From assembly GCA_902598295.1 (NCBI GenBank), contig CACKBA010000002.1, forward strand, positions 8,217 to 72,216: DNA of 64,000 nucleotides. The letters are read 5' to 3'. The position numbers and the translations under genes were made by a program. The notes beneath the pieces were generated by a model, which was not told the origin of the DNA, did no database searches, and worked only from the letters and a program-made list of their open reading frames with translations. Shown here in pieces: positions 31,484 through 40,295 of the stretch; within the stretch, counting starts at the first letter, position 1, and the number at the start of each line of letters is the position of its first letter. This DNA comes from an uncultured Bacteroidota bacterium. GTDB lineage: Bacteria; Bacteroidota; Bacteroidia; Flavobacteriales; Flavobacteriaceae.

Positions 31484-33283
31484 ATGAAAAAACAAGCCCG
31501 GACTATTGTTAAAATCCTTTTATCGTTTTTCGCCTTTGCAGTATTAATTTCCTGTTCAAAATCTATAAATGAAAAACCAAATATTATAATTGTCATGACT
31601 GATGATCAAGGTTATGGAGATCTTGGTTTTAATGGTAATGAAATAATTAAAACCCCAAACCTTAATCAATTTGCATCAGAATCAATCAATTTTACCAACT
31701 ATCATGTAGGCACAACATGTTCTCCCACTAGAGCTGGATTTATTACTGGAAGAAATTGTTTAAGAAATGGTGTATGGCACACAAATGCAGGTTGCTCACT
31801 ACTTAATCAGGACGAAGTTACATTGGGTGATATTTTCTTAGATGCTGGTTATAAAACAGGATTGTTTGGAAAATGGCACTTGGGAGATAACTACTCTTTT
31901 TTACCAGAGCAAAGAGGTTTTAAAGAGACATTTTACCACAAAGGAGGGGGTGTTGGTCAAACACCAGATTATTGGAATAATGACTACCAGGATGATATTT
32001 ACTTTCGAAATGGTGAACCAGAGGAAAGTAATGGATATTGTACTGATGTATTTTTTGATGAAGCCATTTCATTTATAAATAAAAACAAAGAAAATCCCTT
32101 TTTATGTTTTTTAAGTCTAAATGCGCCACATAGCCCGTTTAATGTTCCAAAAGAATATTATGAGTTGTATGAAAATGAAATTGATTTGTTGGAAAGCCAA
32201 AAAAGATTTTATGGAATGATCACTAACATTGATGACAACTTTGGTAGACTGCATCAACACGTAGAAAGTTTAGGAATATTAGATAATACAATAATAATAT
32301 TTACAACTGATAATGGGACTTCAAATGGTTACAAGTATTCTAGAAAAGACAAAAAATGGTTAGGGTTCAATGCGGGAATGAGAGGTACCAAAACAAGTGA
32401 ATATGATGGAGGTCATCGTGTACCATTTATTATCAAATGGAAAAAAGGAGGTCTCTTTGGTGGTCATAACTACTCTGGATTGTCAGCTCATGTTGATATG
32501 CTGCCAACATTGCTAAGTTTTGCAAAAATTGCTTTCAATTCAACAAAAAAGATTGATGGAACTGACCTAAGCAAGCACGTAATTAACAAAAGTGAAGCAG
32601 ATAGAATGTTGGTTACTGATACTCAAAGAAATTTATGGCCAGAAAAAGGAAAGAAAAGCTGTGTCATGTATGGGAATTGGAGATTGGTTAATGGGAATGA
32701 ACTATATAACATAGAGACAGATCCTGGACAGAAAAATAATATTATAAACGAAAACAAAGATATTGCAAATGAAATGCAAAAATTTTATGATGATTGGTGG
32801 GAAGACGCCTCAAAGGAGTTTAAATATTCATATATCGATATATTTCCAAATATTACAAATACAATAACTGCTCACGATGTCCAAGTAAACTCAATTACAG
32901 CATGGGATCAATCTGTAATTAGAAGAGGTATTCCATATGAGTTAGGAAAATTCAACGTCCATTTCAAAAAATCAGGAGAATATAGGATAATATTAAGACG
33001 TTGGCCAAAAGAAAGTAATTTAAATTTAAGAGATAGTATCAATGACTATATTCCTGCAAAAAAATACTGGGACCAAAAATCAAAAGGCAAAAGTATGAAC
33101 ATTGCATCTGCATTTATTAAAATAGGAGATAAAGAATATAAAATCGAATTGTCCGATGACTTAAAGTCTGCTTCCATTAATATTGATATAAAATCAGGGA
33201 AAACATCTCTGGAACCTGGTTTTATTTTAGATAATGGTCAAACTTCCATTGCCTTTTACACAGACATAGATTTTTTATTTTAG
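31484..33283 (+). CDS. S1 family arylsulfatase
   Basis: IVMTDDQGYGD, signature CSPTRAGFITGR, GKWHLG, TTDNG. Confidence 0.9.
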   Translation: MKKQARTIVKILLSFFAFAVLISCSKSINEKPNIIIVMTDDQGYGDLGFNGNEIIKTPNLNQFASESINFTNYHVGTTCSPTRAGFITGRNCLRNGVWHTNAGCSLLNQDEVTLGDIFLDAGYKTGLFGKWHLGDNYSFLPEQRGFKETFYHKGGGVGQTPDYWNNDYQDDIYFRNGEPEESNGYCTDVFFDEAISFINKNKENPFLCFLSLNAPHSPFNVPKEYYELYENEIDLLESQKRFYGMITNIDDNFGRLHQHVESLGILDNTIIIFTTDNGTSNGYKYSRKDKKWLGFNAGMRGTKTSEYDGGHRVPFIIKWKKGGLFGGHNYSGLSAHVDMLPTLLSFAKIAFNSTKKIDGTDLSKHVINKSEADRMLVTDTQRNLWPEKGKKSCVMYGNWRLVNGNELYNIETDPGQKNNIINENKDIANEMQKFYDDWWEDASKEFKYSYIDIFPNITNTITAHDVQVNSITAWDQSVIRRGIPYELGKFNVHFKKSGEYRIILRRWPKESNLNLRDSINDYIPAKKYWDQKSKGKSMNIASAFIKIGDKEYKIELSDDLKSASINIDIKSGKTSLEPGFILDNGQTSIAFYTDIDFLF

Positions 33284-33492
33284 TAGTCCGCTTTTAATAA
33301 AAAATTATTATCTTGAAATTTCCACTTAATTTTTATGAGACTAAGTAAGAGAGATAAAGCATTAACAAAAATTGAGATTCCAGTGGTTCACTCAATTTAC
33401 TTCCGCGGTAAAAGGTACAAGTATAGTGATTATTTAAAAATTAAGGGGGAGGTAAACAAAAACGAACTTCTTCCCTTCTAGAATTAGAAGGT

Positions 33493-33675
33493 TTACTTAT
33501 TACTAATTATCAAAATTAGACCTGAGTTAATCAATACTAAAGAAACAGTACCAATAAAAAACCAGTCATTAGATTCGTATTTGTACATTACAGCTTCACC
33601 AAAAACGCATAAACCCGAACTGAATAACATAATTCCTAAAAATGCTAAAAGATTTTTTTTATGTTTTGGCTTCAT
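33493..33675 (-). CDS. small two-TM membrane protein (hypothetical)
   Basis: 60-aa ORF with two hydrophobic helices. Coding status unverified. Confidence 0.35.
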   Translation of the reverse strand: MKPKHKKNLLAFLGIMLFSSGLCVFGEAVMYKYESNDWFFIGTVSLVLINSGLILIISNK

Positions 33676-33714
33676 AAATAAGTATCCCTAAAAATGTAAA
33701 TTTACGTTAAATCT

Positions 33715-34365
33715 ATGAACAAGACGGTTACTTTATTTGGTGCTACAGGAATGATTGGTGGAGAGATTTTGAGGCTTTTGATTAATGATGATTATTATAA
33801 GGTTATAAATGTCATAGCAAGAGGAAAGATTGGCATTCAATCAAAAAAAATAAAAAACTACACAATCGATTTTACAAATGTTCAGGACTACAAAAAAATT
33901 ATAAAAAAGAATGATGTAGTGATTGCGTCAATAGGCACAACTCAATCAAAAGTGAACTTTGATAAGACTGAATATCGAAAAGTTGATTACGATATTCTTT
34001 TAAATATCGCTATGGCTTGTAAAACTAATTCAGCATCTTGTTTTTGTTTTGTTTCATCAGCTGGCGCAAATGAAAAGAGTAGAAACTTTTATTTAAAACT
34101 TAAAGGTGAAATTGAAAACTCAATTTTACAGCTCGGTTTAAAATCTTGCTTGATATTTAGGCCATCGCTTCTCTTGGGAAAAAGAAATGAGTTTAGATTC
34201 GGAGAAATGATAGCACAAAAATTTATGCCGTTAGTGTCTTTTTTAATGAGATCCGATTACAAACCTATTAAAGCAGTTGATGTCGCAAAGTCAATGTTAA
34301 TTGAATCAAAAAAAAGCATCAAAGGTCATAAAATATATCATTATTCTGAAATGATATCACAGTAG
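33715..34365 (+). CDS. NAD(P)-binding Rossmann-fold oxidoreductase (NmrA/HTATIP2-like)
   Basis: N-terminal VTLFGATGMIGGE (GxxGxxG). Confidence 0.75.
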   Translation: MNKTVTLFGATGMIGGEILRLLINDDYYKVINVIARGKIGIQSKKIKNYTIDFTNVQDYKKIIKKNDVVIASIGTTQSKVNFDKTEYRKVDYDILLNIAMACKTNSASCFCFVSSAGANEKSRNFYLKLKGEIENSILQLGLKSCLIFRPSLLLGKRNEFRFGEMIAQKFMPLVSFLMRSDYKPIKAVDVAKSMLIESKKSIKGHKIYHYSEMISQ

Positions 34366-34381
34366 ATTATCGGGTAAGTCT

Positions 34382-35206
34382 TTAGTTTTTCCCGCTAACA
34401 GTGTGATTGTTGTGACCGTAGTCCTCCGAAAGCCATTTTTTTATCCATTCTTTGGGATTGTATTCACTCTCTCTTAAGAAATGAAATTCTTGATATTTGC
34501 AATCATCCATATATATACTCTCATTTTCAGACAAACGGTTGAATTCATCGAGTTCCTCATTACTCATAAAAGATTTTTTGTCGTATTCTCCCCCTTTCAA
34601 AGTTGGCGGTTCTTCATCAGCATATAAAGCTTCAAAAGATACATACCCGACCTCTTCTCCTTCTTCGTTCTCACCTGACCATGAATCCTTAACTATCATT
34701 ATATATGGATCGTTTTCACAGATTTTCATAGAATTGATATGATCAATGATTTCAAATGAACCCATCATTAATGTGACATCTATATTGCCTGATTCATCAT
34801 CTTTGTAAAACTCAAAAACATCATCATCATAACTTCCTGAAGAAGCTATCTCTTTCTTAATATCCGCAATATCATTCTCATTATAGAGTCCTAATAAATC
34901 GGCATAAGTAATTTGCTCTAATCCTAACTCTGTGATATTAAATCTCTCTTCACTATTTTCTGATGAGTCCAAAAACCGGTTGATGAATTCTACTTCACTA
35001 ATGATTTCAATATTTAATTCCTCCGCTTTTTCTTTTTTGGAGGGTCCCATTTTATCTCCTGCTAACACAAATGATGTATTTTTGGAAATTGAAGATGATG
35101 CTTTTCCCCCTGCTTCATCAATTATGTCCTTTAATTCTTTTCTTGAAAATTTTTCAAAAACACCTGAAATGACAACTGCTTTATCTTTTAGACTCTCTTT
35201 ACTCAT
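34382..35206 (-). CDS. stand-alone BRCT-domain protein with an acidic C-terminal region of unknown fold
   Basis: N-terminus ..LKDKAVVISGVFEKFSRKELKDIIDEAGGKASSSISKNTSFVLAGDKMGPSKKEKAEELNIEIISEVEF.. closely follows the LigA-type BRCT pattern. The remaining ~190 aa are unrecognised. Confidence 0.8.
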   Translation of the reverse strand: MSKESLKDKAVVISGVFEKFSRKELKDIIDEAGGKASSSISKNTSFVLAGDKMGPSKKEKAEELNIEIISEVEFINRFLDSSENSEERFNITELGLEQITYADLLGLYNENDIADIKKEIASSGSYDDDVFEFYKDDESGNIDVTLMMGSFEIIDHINSMKICENDPYIMIVKDSWSGENEEGEEVGYVSFEALYADEEPPTLKGGEYDKKSFMSNEELDEFNRLSENESIYMDDCKYQEFHFLRESEYNPKEWIKKWLSEDYGHNNHTVSGKN

Positions 35207-35243
35207 GGATTTGGTTTTAATTTCTTATACAATTTACTAAAAA

Positions 35244-35251
35244 TAATTTTG
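35244..35251 (+). promoter_or_regulatory. Bacteroidota -7 box-like motif (TAnnTTTG) upstream of the AAA+ operon
   Basis: taattttg lies 68 nt upstream of the ATG at 35319. No convincing -33 TTG at proper spacing. Confidence 0.2.
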
Positions 35252-35318
35252 GATAATTAGTAGCAAATACTTGATGGTTTACCTCAATTTTCTTAATTTT
35301 TAAAAATATAATAATTAA

Positions 35319-36449
35319 ATGTCAATAGAATTTATAGAGTTTGGTAAAAAAGGAAACAGCGAAGAAATTAAAGAAATTTTATCTCACATATTTCAAAGAA
35401 ATAATGACTTAAGCAAAGAGAATAAAAGAGGAACCGCTGTTTGTATATGGGGTACACATGGATTAGGTAAGACCCAAATAGTAAGAGACTATGCAAGAGA
35501 AAAAAAATGGAAGTTTTCTTATATAGCCCCTGCACAATTTGAAGAGATGGGCGATTTGCATGGTATGCCTAATGTTGTTGACCCTGATGAAACAATTTCA
35601 GGTGATGAATATACTGTTTACAGTCCACCTGACTGGGTTCCAAGAGAAGATGGTCCAGGAATATTGTTGTTAGACGACATAAACAGAGCCGATGATAGAA
35701 TATTGAGAGGTTGTATGCAATTGTTGCAAAACTTTGAATTAACATCCTGGAAATTACCCCCAAAATGGCAGATTGTTGCTACTGCAAATCCTGAGGGCGG
35801 AGACTATTCAGTTACTCCAATGGATGGAGCAATGCTTACAAGAATGTTACACGCAACATTAAAGTTTGATGCCAAAATATGGGCTCAATGGGCCTATTCC
35901 GCCAATGTTGATGAAAGAGGAATTTCCTTTGTATTAACTTATCCCGAACTTGTAAACTCAGAAAGAACAACCCCTAGAAGTTTAACTCAGTTTTTTGAAC
36001 AAATTGCATCAATTGATGACCTAAAGGGAAACCTACAACTGGTTGAAGCTCTAGCTTTAAGTTCATTGGATGAGGTAACAGTTTCTTCATTCATCGCCTT
36101 TATTAACGATGAATTGACGCAACTTATAGATCCCGAAGAAATTCTAGATACTGAAGATTTTAAAAAAGTAGCAAAGAAAATTAAAGATATTTCTGTTGAT
36201 GACTCTGGGGCGAAGAGAGTAGATCGTTTGTCAACGATGTGTGCAAGATTGTACTTGAAGCTAATTTCTGACAATTACACTCAAGAGAAAAATCATGGAA
36301 AAAATTTAGTTGAATTCTTGCTTCTAGACACAATCCCAAATGACCTGCTCATGAGTTTATACATGGATTTACAAAAGCATGGTGGGGATGAAATTAAAGA
36401 AATGACAAGGGACAAAAAATTAGCAAGTAAACTATTATCAACCCTTTAA
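35319..36449 (+). CDS. MoxR/NorQ-like AAA+ ATPase (AAA_5 type)
   Basis: Walker A GTHGLGKT (aa 45-52), Walker B ILLLDDINRAD (aa 115-125), ..LLQNFEL.., sensor-1-like IVATANP. The C-terminal ~180 aa are helical and unassigned. Confidence 0.85.
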   Translation: MSIEFIEFGKKGNSEEIKEILSHIFQRNNDLSKENKRGTAVCIWGTHGLGKTQIVRDYAREKKWKFSYIAPAQFEEMGDLHGMPNVVDPDETISGDEYTVYSPPDWVPREDGPGILLLDDINRADDRILRGCMQLLQNFELTSWKLPPKWQIVATANPEGGDYSVTPMDGAMLTRMLHATLKFDAKIWAQWAYSANVDERGISFVLTYPELVNSERTTPRSLTQFFEQIASIDDLKGNLQLVEALALSSLDEVTVSSFIAFINDELTQLIDPEEILDTEDFKKVAKKIKDISVDDSGAKRVDRLSTMCARLYLKLISDNYTQEKNHGKNLVEFLLLDTIPNDLLMSLYMDLQKHGGDEIKEMTRDKKLASKLLSTL

Positions 36450-36459
36450 ATCAACAATT

Positions 36460-39099
36460 ATGCTTTCAAAAGACGAAAAACAAAACATTGCCAAAATAAA
36501 GAAACTGATTCGGACTCGTGATTTCGAAAAAATTGAAATGGGGATAGAATTGGTTAGGTCAATTAACAACCCCAAGATTTTTGATGAATTATTGGGCAAT
36601 GTTGAAATAGAAAGAGGAGTCAAATTTAAACATGATTGGAAAGGGGCTGGACCAGATGAACATTATTTTCAAACTGCAATTCTTGGTTTGTTAAACTTTT
36701 CTCCTAAAGGCTCAAAAGGATATGAAATAAGAGACTCCGTACAAAATCTAATTATAGAGGGTGAAATTAAAAGCGGGTATTCTTATGTTCGATCAAAAGT
36801 CTTCCTCAAATATTTATCAAATTTCTCCAATCTTAAAGTATTACGAGTTGAAAATTATAAAGAAATCGTTGGGTTTGAGGAAATTTATAATTTACCGATT
36901 GAAGATCTTGAACTGGATCGAGGTTATACTCTGCCAAATCATGAAAAGAAATGGGCTTTTAAAAAACTTAAAAGAATAATTTTTACCCTTCCCAATAGCA
37001 ACTCAGCTAGATATACTGACGATCCTGAAGAAAAAACTGAACCGAAAAAAATGCAGGGACTGGACTTTTTATCCAATTTAACAAGCCTAGAAACAGTAAA
37101 AATAAGTAGGGGGTTTGGTTTTTCAGGTGGATCTGATTTCTCCATTAAAGGGTTGAGTTTTTTGAAGAATTTAAAATTTCTCTATATGTGGGATTTAGGC
37201 ATTGATAATGTCAATGATTTAATCACTCTGGAAAATTTAAATTATGTGAAATTGCAGGAAAACAACCTTACTGATATTTCAGGACTCACTTCATCTACTA
37301 ATTTAGAGTTTATTGAGTTAAGAAGCTCAGATAATTTGTCCGATATTACTCCCTTAGGTAAATTAACAAATATCAAATTAATTGATGTTTCTTTTACTTC
37401 TGTAAAATCATTAGAAGGTTTAGAAAACTGCGCCAATCTTCACGGAATAAATTTGGAGCGTACTCTAGTTAAAAATCTTGATGGTTTAATTAATGCAAAA
37501 AATATTTATGGCGTAAACGCTGGTCATTGCAAAGACTTGGAGAATATAGAAGGAATAAAAAATTCATTGAAATTAAAAGAGATTATACTAAACGATTGTC
37601 CATCACTTCTGAATCTAAAAGGAATCGAAAACTGTAAGGATTTAAGAGCAATTACAGTTTCTAACAGTGGGATTTCGAATCTAGATTCTTTGATTAATTG
37701 TAAGAAAATATTTAGGAACAATAAGACAAAATGGGATGAAGAAACACCAGAGTGGGATGGCAATACTGCATCACAAAATGATCCTTTTCGCATGGTTGTG
37801 TCTCCAGAATTTCGTAAAGCTGTAGAAAAGGTTGGTTATGGAAATCTTTATGGAGCAAAGTATTTTAGTGAGGTTAGTAGGGATTATTATCCCAACAGAA
37901 GTTGGAGCGACCCAACTTTAAATGAATTTAAAATTAATGACTGTCCAAATCTAGAATCTGTTAAAGGCTTAAAAAATTCGGGGATTCAATTGCTTGTAAT
38001 CAATGGTTGTCCAAGCATTAAAAAAATTGACTATCTCGCTGAATTTCCGCTTTTGCAATGCTGTGATTTTACTGATTGTGCTAATCTTGAAAGTGTGGAG
38101 AGTTTATCTTCTCTCAGTTTGATTGATGTATTAATCTTAAAGAAATGTTATAAAGTCAAACCTAAACCAAGATTCTTATTAATGGACTCATTTGAAAAAA
38201 CTAATGAGTACTTATCAAAATTTAAAAAGAATATTTCAGAAGTCAAATTAGATTCTGAAGATAAAATTACATCTGAAAAACTAGAAAAGCTATTGCTTTC
38301 AGATGATTACAGTGATATTGAATTGGGTTTAGAATTGGCAAATTCTATTTCTGATAAAGATATCTTTGACTATTTGCTAGAAGGTGTTAAATTTTTAAAC
38401 AATAAAATTGTTACAAACAGCAAGTTTTTAGGAAATGACAAAACAAAAGAGTTTAGAGATTTTGCTCTCGAAGGTTTAATTTCGATCGCACCAGATTCAT
38501 GTAAGATTGCAAAGGAAATCAAAGCGAGCTTCAAAGAAAAAACACTGACTGGGTCTAATATAACTTCTCTCTTATGCGTATCAGGATTTAGTAATCTAGA
38601 AAAACTTAAGGTTACAAAGACTAATATTTCTACTGTCTCTGATTTATCTAGATTGAAAAATTTAAAAACCTTACTATTCAATGAGAATTCCGAGTTGAAA
38701 AACCTATCTGGAATTGAAGGTCTGGATAATCTGGAACTTCTTGGCATGAGAAATTGTAAAAGTCTTACAGACTTGAGTCATGTTTCAGGTTTTAAAAAGC
38801 TCTCAGGTGTTCAAGTTAATAATTGTGGTGTAAACTCAACAAATGGTTTAAAGGATCTTCCGTCATTGAAGAATGTTAACCTGAATGATAATCCTCAACT
38901 AGAAAACATAGATGAGATAGGTCAAATTGGTTCATTAGAAATTGTGACAATTAGTGGATGTCCAAACATTAAAAGTTTAGATTCATTAACAAAACTTGCC
39001 AATCTATCGTTTTTAAGGGTTGATAAACATAATCTTCAAAATACAGAAGGTATTTCTTCATTAATAAAACCTATAATGGAGGGACTAAGAAAAGAATAA
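36460..39099 (+). CDS. cytoplasmic leucine-rich-repeat protein built as two [helical module + LRR array] units
   Basis: No signal peptide. Long arrays of ~22-aa L..L..L.L..C..L..L.GL repeats. The helical module occurs at the N-terminus and again around nt 38250. Confidence 0.8.
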   Translation: MLSKDEKQNIAKIKKLIRTRDFEKIEMGIELVRSINNPKIFDELLGNVEIERGVKFKHDWKGAGPDEHYFQTAILGLLNFSPKGSKGYEIRDSVQNLIIEGEIKSGYSYVRSKVFLKYLSNFSNLKVLRVENYKEIVGFEEIYNLPIEDLELDRGYTLPNHEKKWAFKKLKRIIFTLPNSNSARYTDDPEEKTEPKKMQGLDFLSNLTSLETVKISRGFGFSGGSDFSIKGLSFLKNLKFLYMWDLGIDNVNDLITLENLNYVKLQENNLTDISGLTSSTNLEFIELRSSDNLSDITPLGKLTNIKLIDVSFTSVKSLEGLENCANLHGINLERTLVKNLDGLINAKNIYGVNAGHCKDLENIEGIKNSLKLKEIILNDCPSLLNLKGIENCKDLRAITVSNSGISNLDSLINCKKIFRNNKTKWDEETPEWDGNTASQNDPFRMVVSPEFRKAVEKVGYGNLYGAKYFSEVSRDYYPNRSWSDPTLNEFKINDCPNLESVKGLKNSGIQLLVINGCPSIKKIDYLAEFPLLQCCDFTDCANLESVESLSSLSLIDVLILKKCYKVKPKPRFLLMDSFEKTNEYLSKFKKNISEVKLDSEDKITSEKLEKLLLSDDYSDIELGLELANSISDKDIFDYLLEGVKFLNNKIVTNSKFLGNDKTKEFRDFALEGLISIAPDSCKIAKEIKASFKEKTLTGSNITSLLCVSGFSNLEKLKVTKTNISTVSDLSRLKNLKTLLFNENSELKNLSGIEGLDNLELLGMRNCKSLTDLSHVSGFKKLSGVQVNNCGVNSTNGLKDLPSLKNVNLNDNPQLENIDEIGQIGSLEIVTISGCPNIKSLDSLTKLANLSFLRVDKHNLQNTEGISSLIKPIMEGLRKE

Positions 39100-39105
39100 C
39101 TTATT

Positions 39106-40284
39106 TTGAGTAAGGACATTAACGAGGAAATATCAAGGTGTATAATCAAGATGCTTTTAAAAGAACCTTTTTATGCACATTTTTTAAGTGGTATAATTAG
39201 AGAAGTTACTGACAAAGTACCAACAGCAGCTGTCGGATTTAAAACAGGGAAAATTGCCTTATATGTAAATGAAAATTTCTTTCTAAAAGAATTGAAATCA
39301 GTGAATGAAAGAGTTGCTGTAATTAAACATGAAACACTTCATATAATATTCAAACACTTATTCAGAATGAAAACAAAAAGCTATGACAACCAGCTTTTTA
39401 ATGTTGCTGCTGATATTGTTGTTAACCAATTGATTGACCCTTGGAAACTACCGGACTCAGCAGTTACTTTAGATTCATTTCCTGAATTAAAACTTCCAAA
39501 GGATAAATCTGTGGAATGGTATTATGAAAATTTAAAACAAAATGCATCAAAAGATTCAGATTACAGAAAAAGATTAGACGAAATCTTTGAGAAAGGTACA
39601 CACAGTGATCATAGAATGTGGGGGGAAAATGAAAACTTTAGTATGGAAGTAGTGGAAACAGAGGTTGACAGAATGATTATTCAAGCAAGGGATAGAACAC
39701 CTATTAAAGACCATGGTACAATTCCACTAGGAATTAAATCCTTGATAAAAAATATTATTGAAAAACGAAATCCAAAAATAAATTGGAAAAGAGCCTTAAA
39801 ACTTTTTTCATCAACCAGCAGAAGAACAAGAGTTTATCATACGATGAAAAGATTTAGTAAAAGATTTGGAACCCGACCGGGTATCAAAATCAAAAGATTT
39901 CAAAAACTAGCTGTTGCAATTGACACTTCTGGTTCAATTAACATAGATGATTTTAATACTTTTTTTGGCGAAATACACAGCATGTGGAAATTTGGAGCAG
40001 AAGTAGATGTCCTTGAGTGTGATGCTGAGATTCAAAAGAAATATTCGTATAATGGGCGTATACCTGAATTCATTCATGGTGGTGGGGGAACTTCTTTTGA
40101 CCCAGTATTTGAACATATTAAAAAAAATAGATTTGAAAGATATGATGGTTGCATATATTTGACAGATGGATATGCACCTGAACCAAGAACAAAGCCACCT
40201 TGTAAAGTTTTTTGGTGTATAACAAAAGATGGTAAAATAGGCCCTCATCTTAAATTTGGAAGGGTTGTTAAAATGACTAATTAA
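39106..40284 (+). CDS. DUF2201-type protein: HExxH metallopeptidase-like N-domain plus VWA domain
   Basis: HETLH at aa 75-79 within ..AVIKHETLHIIFKHL... MIDAS-like ..LAVAIDTSGSI... Start is TTG 39106 or ATG 39151. Confidence 0.8.
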   Translation: MSKDINEEISRCIIKMLLKEPFYAHFLSGIIREVTDKVPTAAVGFKTGKIALYVNENFFLKELKSVNERVAVIKHETLHIIFKHLFRMKTKSYDNQLFNVAADIVVNQLIDPWKLPDSAVTLDSFPELKLPKDKSVEWYYENLKQNASKDSDYRKRLDEIFEKGTHSDHRMWGENENFSMEVVETEVDRMIIQARDRTPIKDHGTIPLGIKSLIKNIIEKRNPKINWKRALKLFSSTSRRTRVYHTMKRFSKRFGTRPGIKIKRFQKLAVAIDTSGSINIDDFNTFFGEIHSMWKFGAEVDVLECDAEIQKKYSYNGRIPEFIHGGGGTSFDPVFEHIKKNRFERYDGCIYLTDGYAPEPRTKPPCKVFWCITKDGKIGPHLKFGRVVKMTN

Positions 40285-40295
40285 AAATTTATTAT

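Noticed and set aside
33200-35400. Search for a second copy of the tRNA-Ala 3' segment (tggagaagatgggactcgaaccc..) that would define the left att site of an island
   Set aside because: No match of useful length was seen by eye in the intergenic stretches. The left boundary of the accessory region therefore remains undefined.
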